A DNA stretch of 64,000 nucleotides, from positions 33,110,001 to 33,174,000 of the forward strand of contig OZ249440.1 of NCBI GenBank assembly GCA_965235115.1. The letters run 5' to 3'. Of this stretch, positions 58,857-64,000 are shown piece by piece. A program made the position numbers and the translations under genes. Each line of letters begins with the position of its first letter. Positions within the stretch are counted from its first letter, which is position 1. The DNA is from Laetmonice hystrix. Lineage: Eukaryota. The notes beneath the pieces are model-generated. The model was given only the letters and a program-made list of their open reading frames with translations. It did no database searches and was not told where the DNA came from.

Positions 58857-60532
58857 CAGGGATGAAAGTTTTCAGGAAATTTCCTGAAATCAGGAAATTT
58901 GAAAAAATCCCCCCCCCCCCCAAGAAACAACACCGAAAAAAGGAAATAGGCCTAGATCTATAGGCAAAAGAGGTAGGCCTAAGCCAAGGCTAAGTATTGC
59001 CCTGGACTGTGTGGTGGGCAATTTTATTTGTTAATATCAAATGAAACAATATCCCCTTCCAGGTTGTTTTTTAACACCATGCAGCTCAATATATCTCTAC
59101 CTGCCAAAGTTCGTTTATAGATGGGGATATTAGAGTGTCTCAAACCCGTCCAGTGTCACGGGTGCCGCCGTGCATAGGCCGGTCTGCCGGGGGTGCTGGT
59201 GTAGCTGTGGTCACATCGCTCACATAGACCGGCCCGCGTGGGCTGACTTCTACCGGCACGCGGTGGCGTCTGTCCCGTCTGGCAGGCACGGCCCCGTGTC
59301 GCTGTGGTGAGAACGACTCACCTCAGGTAATGACTTCGGGGCCCGCTTTTTTGTTTACTTTTCCACCGTGAGCAGAAGCTCATGCTCACCATTTTGCTCA
59401 CTGTTTTCGTTTTTTTGGGTGTTTTTGCGCGAGCTTGCTCACCATGAGCACGCCTCATGGGAAAAAGCAACAACAAAAAACGCAAAAACGGTGAGAATGA
59501 ACTCATGCTCACCCTTGCTCAGCTCAGCTCACCCTTGCTCACGGTGGAAAAGTAAACAAAAAAAACGGGCCCAGGCAAAACTGATGGTCAGGCAGCTGCG
59601 AAGCCCGTTGATTCAGGCTTGCCATTATGCCATATCCATGCGCGAGTTTTGCCTGAGCGCTCACTTAGTGAACGAGACTATAGTATAGACAGACCGGTCT
59701 GTCTAGTCCCGGCGTTGGTGATAGTGATTAGGCTGACGAACTACGCACCATCACAATGTCACTCCTCACAGGAAACTGGGTCAATTTAGTTCTATGAATC
59801 TGCCTAGTATATATGTCAGTAAGTTCTCATAATGTTTTCTTGCATATAAATTTGAGGATAATGGCATTACGTAAGTGGTTTTCACTGAAGTTTTGGGGTT
59901 GTCAGGACTTTTCCTTACATTTGTCGATCAGTGCAGGTGTCCTGATAAGACCGGAAGTGACAATAATATTCACAACATGAGTGGCAGGGCTGAACCACTC
60001 GACTCAGCGACTGTGTGTGTTGCTTGGCTGAGAGCCGCTGAGGGTCGTGACTGCTGAGGGTCAAGACTGATGGACAGCCTGTGTGGTCAGTCTAACACAT
60101 GGAAGCTGTTTGACACCGTAATCGGGTGCATTTTGGACGCTAAAAGCCGACTGGATTCCAATGTTGGAGAGAGACGGCAGAGCCAGGCAGAGGTTGACAG
60201 TGAGTGAGTGACAGGCAAGCAACAGCCTTGAACAGGGGCATGGACTGATGAGTGATGGAGTCTATCCATCAAATTTGCAGGGGTGGGGGGTTGGTGGGGT
60301 GGGGACTAAATACTGAGGGCTAGGCCCTATAATATATAATAGCTAGGAGGCCTTATCGGATCATGATTGTCTGCTGTTCCTAGCCTGACTTTTTTTAAGG
60401 GGGGGGGGGGGGTAAGCCTTGGATGTGCGCATGAACAAATATTAATTATGGACATTGGCCCCCGCCGCCCCCCCCCCCCCCCCCCCCAGTCAGAATTTCA
60501 GGAAATTTTACAGCTGGCCACTTTCATCCCTG
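58857..60532. mobile_element. Non-autonomous hAT-like element with 6-bp TSD
   Basis: 13-bp TIR CAGGGATGAAAGT / ACTTTCATCCCTG; TSD ATAAGT at 58851-58856 and 60533-60538. Confidence 0.85.
59340..59571. mobile_element. PIF/Harbinger-type MITE, second copy, internally inverted relative to 55671-55930
   Basis: Same TIR and TGAGCA-rich body. Confidence 0.78.
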
Positions 60533-61977
60533 ATAAGTGAACCCAGGCAAAGGCGTTGAGACAGAATATTCCCCCAAGTCGACATGAAACATGGAGGAGT
60601 CGGGGCGGAGGTGGGCCGTCTGATCGCCACGATGCTTCAAAAGGTAGAGAACTCGACTCTTCTCCTCTGTTGTATTAATACCCTCCGGATCGTCTCCCAA
60701 GTCGCCTTCGTCACTTCCGACCCAGACCGCGCAAGAGGCGAGAACCAAGATGGGGGTAATGGGAATACAGCTATTGTTTACATTTCCTTGACAATACATA
60801 CTGAGCACACGACATGGGTCCTAGATACATATTATGTTTGAGTACCTATAGCCCGCGTTGCAGAAGAAAATCTTAATGAAAATCGTATCTTAAATTTACG
60901 AATTCTGTCGAAAGTGTTTCAGAACAAAAAATCGTAAATAATGTTGTCGTAATATTTATGAAAGTTTTACGATATTCGTAAATATTTAAGACGACCTCAG
61001 ACCTGGGCGTAACTTATACGATACCTGTAACCGCACGGACAGGCATGACGTCGCGATATCCATATGAACGTCCAGATCCCTTTAATATTTACACTGAGGA
61101 TGGTTTTTGCTGTTAATATCGAGGATTTGGCACAGGAATTCGGAAATTCAGAGTTTGCTACCAAAGAGAAACGAAATGGCAAGGGTCTATCACACCGTGA
61201 GAGGGTATGTTGTAGATGATAAGAAAATCACAATTAATTATAATTATATCCGATTTTTTACTGAGAAAATTGTGTAGCCTAGTGCAAACAGTAATCCTCT
61301 CAGCCTTCGTTGTGGTTCTGTAAAATAGATATAAATAATCATTATAATAAAAATGTATAACTGATTGTTCTTTTGTAATATTTGGTAGCACTAGTGTAAG
61401 TTTTCAGACGGGTCTCACACTCATCTGGAGTTCGCTTTGCAGCAGTCGCACATACCGTCTCTGTTGATATTAAGATACCAACATTAATAGGTTGTTACAT
61501 TCAATGTCAATGTCTAATAAACTTTACTGTCACAGAGACATAGAAAATATACACAGTCTATGAGCTCATAAGCTCTATATACAACTCTGTACCAAAGGGT
61601 AGTGAAACTTAAAAGTTACTTTTCCCCAGATTAGTTAAATCCTATCATAAGTGGACATGAAGCAATGGTAAAATTTATGGGGAAAAACACCAAAAAATAT
61701 AAAACCAACTTTCCACGAAATGTTTGGGCATGGGTTAGGGTTAAGGTCAAGGATAGGGATAGGGATAGTATAGGAATATGTTTTTGGGAGGTGTAGGGAC
61801 TGAGGTTAGGGGTTAGGGATAAGGTCAGGGCCATGGATCTTTACTTTCCACCAAAATTCGTGGGGTTTAAGTTATCATGGGCGATATACCCATTGTTCAG
61901 TTGATACTTCTAGCGGCCATAACATTTAAGATTTTAATTTTGTGTTTAACCATAGCAAGATGATAGATTAGTATCTA

Positions 61978-63565
61978 TGTTACGTGCCATCGGTCGATCT
62001 GACCCATCGGCCGATGGGTCAGACCCATCGGTGGATCGGCCAACGGGTGGATGCGCGGCGCGCCAGGGTCGCGGCCCATCGGCCGATGGGTCTGACCCAT
62101 CGATGGATGGGTGCCGATGGGTCTGACCCATCGGTAAACCAGGAGACATGAAATGACATGAAAACCTAGAGGAGACAACCCCACACCCACCTCCTGTCCA
62201 GACCTCACATCCACCTCCTGTCCAGACCCCACACCCACCTCCTGTCCAGACCCCACACCCACCTCCTGTCCAGACCTCACACCCACCTCCTGTCAAGGCC
62301 CCGCACCCACCTCCTGTCCAGTCCTCACACCCAGCTCCTGTCCAGACCCCACACCCAGCTCCTGTCCAGACCCCACACCCACCTCATGTACAGACCCCAC
62401 ACTCACCTCCTGTACAGACCTCACATCCACCTCCTGTCCAGACCTCACACCCACCTCCTGTCCAGACCCCACACCCACCTCCTGTCCAGACCCCACACCC
62501 ACCTCCTGTCCAGACCCCACACCCACCTCCTGTCCAGACCCCACACCCACCTCCTGTCCAGACCCCATACCCACCTCCTGTCCAGACCTCACACCCAGCT
62601 CCTATCCAGACCTCACACCGACCTCTTGTCCAGGCCCCACACCCACCTCCTGTCCAGACCCCACACCCACCTCCTCTTCAGACCCCACACCCACCTCCTG
62701 TCCAGACCTCACAACCACCTCCTGTCAAGGCCCCACACCCACCTCCTGTCCAGACCCCACACCCACCTCCTGTCCAGACCTCACACCCAGCTCCTGTCCA
62801 GACCCCACACCCACCTCCTGTCCAGACCTCACACCGACCTTCTGTCCAGGCCCCACACCCACCTCCTGTCCAGACCCCACACCCACCTCCTGTCCAGGCC
62901 TCACACCCAGCTCCTGTCCAGACCCCACACTCACCTCCTGCCCGGGCCTTACACCCAGCTCCTGTCCAGACCCGACACCCACCTCATGTCCAGACCTCAC
63001 ACCCAGCTCCTGTCCAGACCCCACACCCACCTCCTGTCCAGACCTCACACCCAGCTCCTGTCCAGACCCCACACCTACCTCCTGTCCAGACCTCCCACCC
63101 AGCTCCTGTCCAGACCCCACACCCACCTCCTGTCCAGACCTCACACCGACCTCCTGTCCAGGCCCCACACCCACCTCCTGTCCAGACCCCACACCCACCT
63201 CCTGTCCAGGCCTCACACCCAGCTCCTGTCCAGACCACACACCCACCTCCTGCCCAGGCCTCACACCCACCTCCTGTCCAGACCCCACACCCAGCTCCTG
63301 TCCAGATCGGTCACCATTGTTGTCATGTTTGATTACCCCCGGATTTACCCGCTGTTAACACTACTCAACTTTTTTACACACATTTCAAGTTCTGTTAAAG
63401 TCTTAAAAGTTAGGGTGCCTACGGCTAAACGTTTTTTTTCTTCATGATAACTACAGTATAGTCCGTTTTATGTATTGCATCCATGTGTTCCGTTTACCAA
63501 CCACCCATCCATCGATGGGTCTGACCCATCGGCCGATGGGTCAGATCGACCGATGGCGCGTAACA
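61978..63565. mobile_element. Ginger-like non-autonomous element
   Basis: TGTTACG...CGTAACA termini; ~50-bp TIR made of CCCATCGGCCGATGGG palindromes; 4-bp TSD TCTA (61974-61977 / 63566-63569). Confidence 0.75.
62178..63306. repeat. 24-bp minisatellite (CCTCCTGTCCAGACCCCACACCCA), ~47 units
   Basis: Directly visible; explains the RPHTHLLS / GSGQEVGV ORFs. Confidence 0.97.
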
Positions 63566-63870
63566 TCTAGATATGATATATATTTGAATAAAAGATCTAT
63601 AGAGAACTGCTATACCTAGGCCTATATACATTGCCGTCACATCTATAGTAGGCACTACCAGAATTTGCAACTTCATAAATGAGAAACACCTCACAAATCC
63701 TTCATATTTAGCGAATAGCAGAGTCTAGATACAGTGACCAGATATCTCCTCCCAGGCTTCCCTTTTCACTTCTTCTGCAGTCCCGACATGCTTGGATGCA
63801 GATCGGTCGTCTTCCTTTGCTTCTGATGATGGCATGGGCGTTGAATACTTTGAAAATGTGGTGGGGGGAC

Positions 63871-64000
63871 CAGGGGCGGATCCAGGATTTTTTGCGGGGG
63901 GGGGGGGGGGTCAGAAGGTTCCCGCGCAGGGGGGGGGGGCTCCGACTGAAAATTTTTGGGAATATAAAAGGCCATAGATGCTATTTCCCGGCTTCTCTGC
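63871..64000. mobile_element. Start of a CAGGGGCGGATCC-type hAT MITE, cut by window edge
   Basis: Same terminal motif as the MITE at 47641-47806 inside the piggyBac. Confidence 0.55.

Noticed and set aside
62293..63447. 353-aa (RPHTHLLS)n ORF and antisense ORFs
   Set aside because: Products of a 24-bp stop-free minisatellite; no evidence of a real protein.

Overview
This is eukaryotic DNA, probably from an invertebrate and mollusc-like by inference from the TE families. It is almost entirely nested transposable elements, with no recognisable host gene. Most nesting could be rebuilt from TIRs, target-site duplications (TSDs) and re-joined reading frames. Main contents: (1) several copies of one I/Nimb-type LINE (gag-knuckle ORF1, TGATG-coupled APE-RT-RNaseH ORF2); (2) a Kolobok-like transposase remnant and a KolX-like fragment; (3) two TAG...CTA elements with 7-bp TSDs (hATw-like; 10224-19175 and 26240-33415) whose spliced transposases end in Tudor-like domains, one resembling a Spindlin repeat; (4) a 20-kb Sola2-like element (20000-40045, 4-bp TSD) whose spliced gene fuses a DDD transposase to a vertnin-type OTU cysteine-protease domain with intact catalytic Cys/His and a C-terminal Tudor-like domain; (5) two Academ-like foldback elements, one carrying a tRNA-like array; (6) an intact piggyBac inserted at a non-canonical CTAA site; (7) a Gypsy pol remnant followed by an extra C2H2-finger/coiled-coil ORF; (8) a hAT remnant, MITEs with 5- and 6-bp TSDs, and a Ginger-like element holding a 24-bp minisatellite. 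The best candidate system is DNA transposases carrying their own chromatin-reader and deubiquitinase-like modules. All family names come from motif recognition by eye; no search was run.
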